Shown here: positions 25,882-37,787 of the stretch, one piece after another
Layout: every line of letters begins with the position of its first letter
How positions within the stretch are numbered: the first letter of the stretch is position 1
Source of the DNA: Azolla caroliniana
Taxonomy: Eukaryota; Plantae; Polypodiophyta
Assembly (NCBI GenBank): GCA_043228905.1
Contig: JBHGNT010000008.1
Coordinates: 14,446,001 to 14,510,000, forward strand
Length of the DNA: 64,000 nucleotides
Direction: 5' to 3'
Notes under the pieces: generated by a model
Databases searched by the model: none
Seen by the model: the letters and a program-made list of their open reading frames with translations, nothing else
What the model was told of the DNA's origin: nothing
Translations under genes and position numbers: made by a program

Positions 25882-27514
25882 GTTGAACTATAGTTCGGGT
25901 CCTTAACCAGTATTTTGTACATTGCCTCAATTAGAAAACCTTTGATAACTCTGATGCCAGAATTTATATGCGAGCATGGCACACATCTTGACTTAGTTTG
26001 ATAGAAATGGCCATAGAGAAGGTGTTGAGAGAAACAGGGTGTAAAATATGTAGAGGCAATATCATTATCATAGGTTACTTTAAAAATATTGTGGGCTCTG
26101 GCAGCTCTTCAAGGATGGTCATAGTGAATGCATCAAACTATTGGAATACCGTGTGGAAATGATGTATTCTTCACATGAGGTGTTGTTTGTTTATCACATA
26201 ACTCCGTTGTTTGTTTACTTCCAAAAAGTAATAAATTTTTTGTATCAAAATTATATATCAACAAATCTCTGAATTCTGGATCTAATTCTGAAGTTATTCA
26301 AATATCTTATATTTTATTATTGTACTGTCAAAATTGATGTGGGTTTTACTGGTGGAATTTCATAGATAGCTCACATTCAGTGCAAAATGTTCTCTAAATG
26401 CCTCATTTTAGGATTTCATGGCCATAACAAGTGTGATCCTTTAATCATCTGTCAGAAGTTGATATAATGGTTAGTATATTTACCTCTGAAAAACATTCTT
26501 TATGATTCTTTTAAAGATTTATTATTCTTCAAGTGGCCATGGTTTGCTGTTATTAAGGTTTTGTCATTTGGATCAATCTGTTTGTAGGTAAGATAATTGC
26601 TGATTTCCATCTTATTTGTAACCCCACAAATCAATAATAAAACAGAAAACTCGTTAGAAAAACTTGGAATCTTTGATGTCATATTTGGAAACTCAGTAGT
26701 CAATAATAAAACAGAAAAATCATCAGAAAAACATGCGGACTTCCCAAGAAGTTTGGCAGAAAGCGAGTAAGAACTGACATCCTTGACATATTTAAGATAT
26801 GTTCATCTTAACTTATTTAGCCAGTTTATATGATAGTTTCAAGTCATTTAGCTTGGCAGTGTGCTTTCGTTGCCAAACAGAGATATGAGAATTTGTGAGG
26901 ATACCTGTGTGCTACATGCAGCAGTGCAAACACAAGCAATCTGCGTAAATTTGCAATTGCAATCAATGTTGAAACGGCCTTTTTTAATCGACAAATTTGG
27001 GTTAATCTGTAAAACATTTTCAACCGTCAATGTGGAAAATGGCCTTTTATTAAAGTTAAGATTAGTCTGCATAAAACTGTACCCATAATCAATGACGGCA
27101 ATGGGAATGTCCAGTCTATCTAAATAGACACCACATGATTTATCAAAAGTTGGGGTATCCTGCTTAAAATTTCAAATAATCTACCAAACATGCATCTAGA
27201 ACATTCTCCAAAGATGGCATTCTCTTAAATCTCTGACATGGTGATGGACTTGATTGTTCAACATCATTCTTCAATGCACTTAGTATATTCAATAAAGTGC
27301 ATTCTTCTATCTTGCATTGATATAAGTGACTACATAAGGGAGTTGATGTGCCACCAGTTGCACTTAAATGGCGTGACATATGGGAAGAGACTAACTAGGC
27401 TAGCAAGACTTACATGTCAGACAGAAAAAACACTGCTTGCCCATATTCAATAATAAGAACCTTTGTATACATCAGAGACTTGATTGTTACCACAGATAAG
27501 TTCAATGTATGAAG

Positions 27515-27975
27515 ATGAACTGATAATGATCAACCTTTTCCTGAGACCATAAGGTCTTGAACTATACTTCATAAAAAACTAACATCTTGCAGTCATGTTG
27601 CACTATGATTCCAACTTCCAACATTCATAGCTGGAGATTACCAATTCCAAAAATTGGGAATCCTCAAGCTTTGCCCTATGAACTAATAATGATCAACCTT
27701 TTCCTAAGGCCACGAGGCCTTGAACTATTTCATAAAGAACTAAAAATCTGCAGCCATGTTGCATATTATCGTTACTACATTCACAAGGCTTCTTTTGTGT
27801 TGCATCACTGAGAGACTAGATTGGTATCTTTGCAGATAAGGTGGTCAATATGTGAATCTCTATGAACTAATAATAATCTGACCTTTTCCTAAGCCCATGA
27901 GGTCTTGAATTATTTCATAAAAAACTAGCATTCCACAGCCATACATTCACAAGGCTACGTTGTGTCACATCACCA
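27515..27975. repeat. Diverged tandem repeat, ~165-185 bp x3
   Basis: TGAACTRATAATRATCWACCTTTTCCT...GGYCTTGAAYTAT..CATAAA recurs near 27517, 27679 and 27864. Confidence 0.75.
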
Positions 27976-28965
27976 TGACATGCCAATATTACAATGGAAA
28001 ATTAAAAAACTTGACCGTTTTCAGTTTGCACATACTTCACTAAAAACTTTGCTTACAGCTGTTTTTCTTCATTGATCTGACAAAACCTTCTCATCTATGA
28101 TTTAGGTGAGGGAAATTTTGTACTTTAATATGGAAACCACCAGAAATAAGATTTTCTTTCAATCCTTTCCCATTTTCTGTTTAACCATGTACGATGTACT
28201 GGATTTGGACTATCAGCTATGCAACAGTTTGACAATCAATCTTTTGCTCTTAATGCAAAATAAAGAAATTTGCCACCATTGTCTAGATACAACTTAAAAA
28301 ATACAACAAACTTAAGCGTTTCAGCCTGTCATAACTAGGTACCTTAGGACGAAAAAGAGCAAAAGCTTTTGCAAACAATCAACCCTCAACTCAATACAAA
28401 GGTCTGAACACATTCTTGCACTATGTACGCTACTGTTTGCATGCTAACCAATACCATCATTGCTTTTTCAATACAGATTAAGAACACATTACTGTTTCTA
28501 GCACTATTGTGTGAATATGATTCTATTGCAAGATTCAATGTCTCCTCATGAAGAAGTTGAATGTTCAAATAGAGCAGCTTACCTTTCTAGATCAAAAAAA
28601 TTTCATTGCAGCAGTATTAAGCATGATAAAGATCAGTAAAGGGTGTATTCAGCACAAATTCCTGTAAAGCAAATCTGTATATCCTATAATGCTTGCTGAC
28701 GAGTATATGCTATGAACATCCCCTAATTCAAATTTCTCTGATAGTTGAGGGTATGGAAGGAAAATTGTGTTGTCCATTAGCACGTGGAACTCTGAACTCT
28801 ACCTATCTTCTCTTGAAGACATTATTTTATTATCCTATTCATACAGAAAATTTACAAAAATCCAATAATGAGAGACAATTGTCAGTACACCCCTTCTCAG
28901 ATGTGTATAATATTAGGATGACCACAACAATATAAGCTTACAGAAGTGAAAATGAGCTGGAGCTT

Positions 28966-29073
28966 TCACCTCTTGAACTGGGTCCGTGATAAAATTCTTT
29001 TACCATACGGGCTGCTATGGAGCACTCGTACATGTGGTTTGATAGCATCAACTAAACTCTTGTGAAGATGTCC
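28966..29073 (-). CDS. Pumilio exon 5 (last)
   Basis: TTTAG|GHLHKSLVDAIKPHVRVLHSSPYGKRILSRTQFKR*. Confidence 0.9.
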   Translation of the reverse strand, partial: GHLHKSLVDAIKPHVRVLHSSPYGKRILSRTQFKR

Positions 29074-32000
29074 CTAAAAAAATAATTAAAATATTTACTA
29101 AGCAGCACTAACAGGTCCATAAATGCAAAAAACCAAACTATCCCCTACCTTTAGGATACTAATCGGAATTTTGCCAAGTTTCAAAATTGACCAGAATACC
29201 CCGATACAGTGGTGAAGTTTTTAATAAACAAGGGGTATTTTTTATCAATTTTGAAAACAAAAGGGAGTCTAGTAAAATTTTGAAAGCTTACGCTATTCTG
29301 ATGGATACAACAAGTTAGCGGTATTATACTGAATCTCCAACCTGGTTAGGGGTATTGTTCTGGTAATTTTGCCATATAGAAATATAATAATAGGTCACGA
29401 GAAAAAGTACATACTTGGGTAACCTGAAGGGCAGACTGAACAACATAATTTGCGTAAGGATCCTGTAGCAACTGACTGAGCACCGTGCTCCCTATCAATT
29501 CCTTTATGATGCAGACCTTATTTTCTTCTGTTGCAACATTGAGACATTTCTCTATGACATTGCTACCAAATTTTTGCATTGCAAGATGTGCATAATTGCC
29601 CTCAAGCCTTGCAATTACTTCTGCTGATGCCCAAGGAAGCCCAAGTTCCAGAATATATTGTACAACATAATTCCTGTTGCACATTCGTAGTAAACAAAAG
29701 TTTTTTACAAAAATAAATAAGAAATTTCTGTTATTACAAATGGAATTATGCATTAAAAATCCTAATTAAGACAAGAACTGAGGATATCTGAATATCTTAC
29801 TTAGTTAATAAACACTAGGCACCAAATCTAAAAATGAAACACAAGCGTTTAATAACACCGCTAATGAACTTATAAAAATGAAACAAAACCTTTTAATAAT
29901 AACACTAATGAACTTTTGATTAGAGACTAGAAAGGTCATGAATCAGGCCACACTTATTAGAAATTAGAAACGGAAATAAACATGCATACAAGAAAATATG
30001 GAAGTCTAAATGATATGTCAAATTCATAATAGCAAGAATTTTTAAACATGCTGAATCCTTTAAAGACAACTGTCACATCATTTTTTAAGCTAGAAAAGGC
30101 ACACTCGTATATCACATATACTAAGTGCTCTGATGATCAAAAGTTTGACTGCACACTCCAATACACACCTTAAGCAAAGGGATATCAGAAATGGGCATCA
30201 GAATAAATTTGTCAATTGAAGAACCACATTCAACTTAGTTCAAAGTTAAATTTAATACACTAGGCGACAAAAGTACAAAATAGTATATTTACCCAAATGG
30301 ATCCTGTGAAAGCTCAAGAGAATTGATGGCTATTTCAGACACTAGAATTTGCCTTTGGAACCCTGATGCAAAATCTACACATCGTTGCAGAACACAACAA
30401 CCATGCCGATGTGAAGCAATCTCAACACAATGAGAAGCAGCCGCATCAATTATGAACTGTTTGACATAAAATGACAAATAAGGTAAAGCTAATTATGAGC
30501 AATATAGGACTAAAAAATCATATTAAGGGAACAGTAATAGTAGAATAGGCACATGTTTAAATACAGAAGATACTGTAAAATGCACCTGATGATCCTCATT
30601 GCTGAGACATTGCAAACACCTTTGTACCAAGTGATTACCATTTAAATCCTTGATCAGGGTCACAACACCATGCTTTAAAGATGAGATAAGCATAGTAATT
30701 TGCTCTGGCGTCTGCAATTTTTCAACTAGCTTTTGAGCAGCTCGAGTGCTGACAAAAGGACAAAGCAGAATCCTATAAGGTGCACTGTAATTATGACAAG
30801 ACCTACTTGGATATACACCTTAAATCTAGTGGAATTGAGATAGCATTGGATACAATGGTTAGCCAGGAAAATTATGTAGGTATATTGCAATGAAGGCACA
30901 TTTTAAAAACCTAATCAGTAAACCCCAAACCCCAAGGCCTTAGGTCAAGAAGAACAAAAAAAAGCATTTGATATACTGTGCAGCCAACAAACTTCGTTGA
31001 GGTAAAGACCTAATTAAAACATGTTTTAAGGAATTTTATACAATGGCCATCCAAGCACATAATATAAGGCCCATTGCAACTAAGGCACATCTTAAACATC
31101 TGGGCGGTATAAAGCTTACGCCATGAACATTGGCAATTAAAATTGACAGCAACTTATAAACACATAATTTTTACAGCATTACTCTAAACAGGAAAAGAGA
31201 AGCGATTAGATCCAAATTATCAAACATCCGATTCAAATATTTCAGTTCATTAACCCACTTACCCATGCATATTCAATGAGATATCCACGAGATTGTTATT
31301 CTTGGTCACAGCCTCAAGTATTGCAGTATACTGTGCTTCATTACAAAAGTCAAGGAGCTTTTGTACAAGATAGTTTCCAAAAGGATCAGTCATTAATTCT
31401 ACAACATGATCTTTGATCTCTTTCAACACCTTCTCTACATCTTCAAACTTTGCTCCATCAAGTTTCCTTTGCAGAAGTCGGCAGCCATGCTGATCTCTGG
31501 CTATGTTGTATACCCTTCCTTCAATGTCATCCAAAGACATGAGCTTTAGAATCTCTTGCATCGAATCTACACCATTACTGCTCTTACTATCAGGCATGGC
31601 CAAATTAGACACACGATTTGTTTCATCTGTAGTACTGTTGTGGAAAAAGCACCCATTATTGACAATCGGTTCCAGCTTCATATTATTCTTTGTTATCTTC
31701 CTATCAGTAGCTGAAATAGTGCTGGCAAATTCTCCATTAATCCTTCCATAGTTAGTCTCCCTATTCTGGTTTCGAACGTTTGGAAATTGTTTGATTTCCT
31801 CTAACTCACCATTAAAAAACCCTTTCCGAGAAGCTAGGGAGGAATCATGCAGATGGTGTGAGTAATGACAAGTACCTTGAGTGTAGAATCTGGAATGACT
31901 GATATCTGGGAGAGAGGCATTATCCTGAAAGTCCCTAATTAACTCATGAGTTCCCATACCAGGTGAGTATACAGTTCTTGATCCCCAACTAGGTAACTCA

Positions 32001-33553
32001 ACTTGATTATATTGATGCATATTTCCATTAAGAAAGTTCTCACTTTGCATATGCATTAACCTCTCTTTCTGCACAGCTAATTGCCTATAAAACTGAATAA
32101 TCTTCTGCTGATTGATAGAATTAACCATAGGTACCACATCAATGTACTGGTTATTACGCTCTTCAAGGACTCCATTAGATAGTGACCTATTCTCTGGAAG
32201 AATTCTCTGATCAGGAATAAACGGACACCTAGTAGATGTTTTCATCAATGATGGGGGGGTGAGATGACCAGATTCATGGTGATGATGCAGAAGATATGCA
32301 GATTGGGCATATTCACCATCACTATATGGTGAAGGCAAACCTTTCTCAAAGCATTGTTGTCTTGTAAGAGTCCTTATATCTGCAATAGAAGATATTTCAA
32401 AGTGAGAGAGATCGAAGTGCTTTCTTACTAGTATGTTTCTCTCACTTCCACATGTCACTTCTGGTCTGATCATCATCTGCCTCTGATCATGTGCAGGAAG
32501 AAAGATTTTAGTAGGGATAGTTCTCGATGATGAACTAATGTTAAGGAAAGGAGAATCTCTCGTCCTCGGAGCTGATGATGATGAAGAAAAACTCTCCTGA
32601 CATAATGAATGTGCATATGAATCATCCTGGAATCGAGAGGTCATTGATTCAGGACAATTAGAACTAGAACGATGAAGCTCCATTGATGATTGAACGGAGT
32701 GATTATTGAATATGGAAGAGGCACATCTTACAGGCACAACTCCTGCAAAATAAGCTCTAGCCCTTGACATATCTGGTAAATTACAATGACTTCCATGAAG
32801 CAGATTATTGTTCTTGGCTGAAGAAGAATTACAACCAGATGCTATCTTTGCAGAAGCACTATTTAGTTTAATCTGTTGATCATCTGAAGAGAAAATTGTA
32901 TTATAATGATGGCAATTGTTTTCTTCTTTTTCTTCTTCTTGTATTTGCAATCCCAGCTTAACCATTGCAGAATTAAGTTGTAGATTTGCAACACTGGATT
33001 CATCAACATAATATTGATCATGCAAGTTGCTTCTGCCCCTGAATGCAGGATAAGCAGTATCAAATCGTTTGGTCTCACAAGACGAGGAAATATGTTCTTG
33101 TTCTTGCTGTGATCCAGTCAGATTAACTATGGAAGCATGAGAAAGAAACCCAGATTGATCCATATATTCATGACCATTTTTCAAGTTACGACTGATGTTA
33201 CTGTTAATATTGTTGTTGATTAAGGACACTTCTGGAATTAGGCTCTGATGTAGAGCCTTATGTTTTGTGTATGGAGGAGGTAGCATTGAACTACGAATAC
33301 AATGTACTTCTGCAGAATGGTTCGGTGTAGGATTTGTGTCAGTGGAACCATTACAATTAGAGTTTTTGTCTGACGAGATGGTATTAGGGTTTGAAACACG
33401 GGAATCATGGCGATCAGAGCAGCTGGAGAAGTTCAGTTTCTTTGCTGCTGAAGAGCTAGCATAGAGACGAGGGGGGATCTGATCGTAACTGTGGAGAAGC
33501 TCTTCATGGACGAACTCGTCAGCTTCGTTAAATATAGTAGATTCCATAGTCAT
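28966..33553 (-). CDS. Pumilio/PUF RNA-binding protein (APUM7-12-like), 5 coding exons, ~994 aa
   Basis: complement(join(31263..33553,30586..30748,30293..30456,29415..29673,28966..29073)); GT-AG introns, phases 2/0/2/0; eight PUF repeats (DQHGCRLLQ, DPFGNYLVQ, NMHGTRAAQ, DLNGNHLVQ, HRHGCCVLQ, DPFGNYVVQ, QKFGSNVIE, DPYANYVVQ) and C-terminal SPYGKRIL. The start codon (first ATG, 33553) is less certain. Confidence 0.92.
29415..29673 (-). CDS. Pumilio exon 4
   Basis: ACAG|G NYVVQYIL...ALQVTQ|GTATGT. Confidence 0.9.
30293..30456 (-). CDS. Pumilio exon 3
   Basis: ACAG|FIIDAAASHC...SQDPFG|GTAAAT. Confidence 0.9.
30586..30748 (-). CDS. Pumilio exon 2
   Basis: TCAG|C TRAAQKLVEKL...NEDHQ|GTGCAT. Confidence 0.9.
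31263..33553 (-). CDS. Pumilio exon 1 (low-complexity N-terminus and PUF repeats 1-2)
   Basis: Long ORF; donor GG|GTAAGT. Confidence 0.88.
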
Positions 33554-34271
33554 GAAGCTCAAAAGTGTAGAAGCTTTTCAGAAAACACGCAGAGAATAGA
33601 GGAGAACCAAATTTGTTAATAACACAGAGGACACAAAACGATGCCCCGTTATAACGCCATAGCGAAAAGCTGTTACACTACCTTCACATTTGAGCTGGAG
33701 AAAGACATATTTCACGAGTACAAGAGCACAAACAGAGATCTGAGAGAGAGAGAAGAAAGAACCTTTCATGGACAGACAAGACAAGAAAGAATGGAACTTC
33801 ACACGACATATGCAGATGAAAGCTCTATATATAAATACACATCCGATGTCTGCACATTTCTCGGTTATAAACCGATGCACAAATTGAGGTACAGCACCAA
33901 ACAAAGCTGAGGGAGAGACTTAACGGATTGGCGGAAGTTCACGCCATAGCTAAGGTGAAACTGTAGATATTGCTTTCTTCACCTCCAAAACTGTGTGTGT
34001 ACATACATTATATAGATATATGCTAGAGAGAGAGAGAGAGAGAGAGAGAGTTAGTACGCCATAGCCAGCAAGTTGTAGTGTTCACGTATTTTGACAGGCG
34101 AAAAATATATGAGCACCGACCAGTGGACGCCATCATCATCATCAATCATCAGATCAGAGAGATACCGGCAGAGAACAAACAGTAGAATACGGGGGAAGGG
34201 ATGGCTTACTCCATAGATGTCTTCTTCAAAGAGGCGGGCTGCGGTTTCACGTACTGGAAGAAAATACGGTG

Positions 34272-34382
34272 CTAGCAGAGGACATGGCTGTGCATGGACC
34301 TGCGGCAGCAGAAGCAGAAGCAGAAGCAGGAGCTGCCACTGCTGCCGATCACCATCACCATCGCCATCGCCATCGCCATCAT
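34272..34382 (-). promoter_or_regulatory. Candidate uORF (36 aa) in the Pumilio 5' leader
   Basis: MMAMAMAMVMVIGSSGSSCFCFCFCCRRSMHSHVLC*; assumes the transcript starts upstream of ~34560. Confidence 0.35.
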
Positions 34383-36134
34383 CAAAGATCGATCCACAGT
34401 CTAACGAGCATGCCTCGGCACAACAAACATAGATTGTCACAGATTCCCTGATGAGTATTAATATGTGCAGATACGCTAAGGAGAACGCAGAAGAAGAAGA
34501 AGAAGAAGAAGAAGAAGAAGAAGAAAGGGGTGGCGATGGCGATGGCGATGGCAAAAGCTTAGCTTTCTCTTCCAAGTTTATGAAAACCGCTGTTTCCGCT
34601 TTCTTCCAAAACAGGAAGCAAAACCGCTTGTTTTCCAAAACAGGAAAACCACCACCATCGCGAAGAGCCCCAAACCAAAACCGCTCAAGCAAAGAAGCCC
34701 AATATATGAAACCTCCTCATTAATCTTCTGCTAATCTTATCTGTATCTTTCCAATACATATATGAAACCTCTCTCTCTTCCAAGTTTATTTTAGCCATTA
34801 CTTTGTCATGTACATATATGTTTTACTAGGAATTCACGATGATTATACATACATAATTTACGAGATCTTAGTAGAGGTTTCATATATGTACATATTGCAT
34901 GGCTTTCTGTGGTAATTACAACAACAATCTAGACTTGACTTAGTTAGATATGGCTTTTAGGAAATCATGTGTAACAATGTCCGAGAGATAAATGTTTCAT
35001 TTACCAATCCGTCAACTTCCCCGTCGCACACCCGCCTGCCCGCCCCTGATTATAAATGGCAATTACAAAAAATGCCACCATGGTATAGGGGTTTAGTACT
35101 CTTGGTATATATTGACAGAATGCCCAATGCAATTTGGTAATTACAACAAATGCCATTGATCTACAGGATTTCAGTGCATGCTTAACAACGCTTTGTGATT
35201 CCGTCATGTATGGCATCATTTACAAAGGAGCTGATGAAACACACGTCATAATTATAATAAGTGATGTCCATCATTGATTGCGTAAGGATCGTCATTAAAC
35301 ACACAATTCACACCACCCTCTCACAAGATTTATAATTTCCTTTGTGTTTGTTATTTATCATTTTAACTTGCATTCACTTCGCTTTTTGCGTCCCCTCATT
35401 GTCATGGGCTTCATGGATCCAATTTTCAGCTCATGTTGTTATTTTTAACAATTTACAAGATGCTATTTTCAAACAGTGGCTTTTTAGCAGCATGCGTAGT
35501 TCGGTATTGTGTAGAAAAAACTCATATGTGCAAATTCGAAGTGTGGGTAAAAGTTTAACGATGGAATGGGAAAACGAACAATGTCTTTGATTAAGTGATT
35601 ACATACAATGGCATGAACTCATGATTGTGAAGCTGGTCTGACAAGAGACCAAATCCAACTTCAAACTTGTCATGCTAATAAGTCTTATTGGAAAGTCACA
35701 AGTCAATTAGATTCCAATGATTTACGTGGCCGTTATAAAAAGAATGAAGAAAAATGTGATAATCTCTTTGGCATGTATCAATATTTGCTCAATTCGTGTA
35801 TAGTTCCTCATTGAAAGTCACAATTGTTTAAAATTCCAACTACTTGATGTATATAAGGAAATGAATAAAGCTCGACGAGATTAAAAATGAGATAATTTGA
35901 AACTAGAAATTGAAAATCACAAGTTCTCCTCAAGGCCAAATGCTATGATTTGAAAATGTAGCAACTTACACGTTTGTAATAATCACAATCAACGTCAATA
36001 ATTGCTTGAGACTTGGACCCATGACCTCATTGTAGCAAAGTGCATATGCACCAACATATTCATAAGACTAGAAATTTCATGTTTTTCGAAACATTATAGA
36101 GAATATAAGTTATTTCGTAAATATCTTTTACACA

Positions 36135-36432
36135 AAGTAACAACAATTTCTCACGTTTCTCTTCATGTAATATTTCAATGTTGCAAAGGAAATATCACAT
36201 CGTGCACAATAGGAATCGATTAACTAGTTTCGGGGTTCAAGTTATTGCTTTATATGGTGAGTGGACATTCTCGGTTTTTTCAAGTAACAACGGTTTCTCA
36301 CGTTTCTCTTCATGTAATATTTCAATGTTGCAAAGGAAATATCAAATCGTGCACAATAAGAATCGATTAACTAGTTTCGGGGTTCAAGTTATTGCTTTAT
36401 ATGGTGAGTAGACATTCTCGGTTTTTTCAAGT
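36135..36432. repeat. Tandem duplication, ~148 bp x2
   Basis: AAGTAACAAC...GGGGTTCAAGTTATTGC...CATTCTCGGTTTTT twice. Confidence 0.9.
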
Positions 36433-36471
36433 GATTCATATCTGTCATGATATAACATGATGGCTTTAAAT

Positions 36472-36525
36472 GGATTTGAACCCATGACCTTGTGGCACAT
36501 GAGCAAAAGCCTTACCATTAAGCTA
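36472..36525 (-). promoter_or_regulatory. tRNA-like Pol III A-box/B-box module inside the 5' LTR
   Basis: Minus-strand TAGCTTAATGG (A box, 36525-36515) and GGTTCAAATCC (B box, 36482-36472) at tRNA spacing; repeated in the 3' LTR at 41325-41378. Confidence 0.7.
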
Positions 36526-37352
36526 TAAGTTATAATAATTTCCATTTATTATTTCACTTAGGAAATCCATGTATATTCTAGATTTATCTGGAACATTCTA
36601 GAAATGTCAAGAATATTCCTAAAGCCACTATAAAAAGAGGCACATGGCATTATCAAGAACCAAATCAGTTCAACGCCAGTCTTAATCCTCATAGCTATTC
36701 TTGTACTTACTCTTCATATAATATATCACCTGTTATCATAATTCTCTCTCTCTCTCTCTCTCTCCTTTTCTCTTTTTCTCTCTCGTGAGTCTTACACATT
36801 ACTTTCCTCTTAGTACTAATCCTCATAGTACTTCCCTTCTCTAGTACTAATTCTCTCTCTGTTTTTAGTACTATTCCTGACCGTTTGAACCGATTTTGCA
36901 TCCTCTTATCCCTCCTTCCCTTCATACTAATCCTCTTATCCCTAGTAAAATGGCAATTATTAGCGCTCAAGAATACCAATCCGTTTTCTCGGAGCTTCAA
37001 TGCTTAAAAGAGAAGTTTGTAGCACTAGAACAAGAAAATAACCGTCTGTTGGGGGATCTTTAACAAATAGCTCTAGAAAAACAACAACACAGAGAGCTAA
37101 CGTTACGTGTACAACAACTTGAAGAGACTATTGTATCACTATAACAACAAGGATCAAGCGCTCAAGGGACTCACAAAGAATCCAAGATCGGTCTTCCTAT
37201 TAAATTTGATGGGACCCGATCACAATTTAGAGGTTTTCTTAATTAGGTACTCTTAGTGATTCAAATGCATCCTTCTCGATATCCCATTGATGTCACGAGT
37301 GGGACTAGTAGGCACGCTACTTGCGGATTTTCGTCTTCTCGCCACTGATATT

Positions 37353-37787
37353 TGATGAGATACAAGCTCAACATTGGGTGCGTAAACGGATGCATAACCC
37401 AATGCGTAGACTAGGTGCGTAAAACTGTACGCACAACATGGCTATAACGGTGCGTAAACCAAGAGGCCGTTAGAACATTATTCCTTGTAAGGAATAATTT
37501 TGGGAGTTAGTGTAGAAGGCTCATTTATGAACAATCAAGTACTGTCAATACTTGTGTCAGCCCAATAGTCAGGGCTTGTATAAAAGGTGCTCACTGAGCA
37601 TGAAGTACATAGAGAACATACAGAGAATTAATTTTTTGAATATAATTTCGTTTTTGCTCTCTCTCTCTCTCTCCCTCTCTCTCTCCCTCTCCTTCTCTGT
37701 GATTTCTGCATTTTACCGAACTATCATACTTGCGAACTATGTACTCCGTGTCTTACGCATACATTTCCGCACACGTATTCTTTTACA
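37353..37787 (+). mobile_element. Solo LTR nested in the Gypsy gag gene
   Basis: TG...CA termini; perfect TSD ATATT (37348-37352, 37788-37792); internal TATAAAA; gag reads through (ATDI|PWDDQVLMEQF) once it is removed. Confidence 0.88.

Noticed and set aside
23549-26300. Intronic C/D snoRNAs or miRNA hairpins in the candidate lncRNA
   Set aside because: No convincing RUGAUGA/CUGA pair with terminal stem, and no conserved miRNA recognised by eye.
34051-34723. 213-aa minus ORF and overlapping plus ORFs
   Set aside because: Low-complexity repeat translations with non-ATG or weak starts; better explained as the Pumilio 5' leader.
36460-36535. Bona fide tRNA gene
   Set aside because: Acceptor and anticodon stems do not pair; only A/B boxes and D/T-arm remnants are present, inside LTRs.
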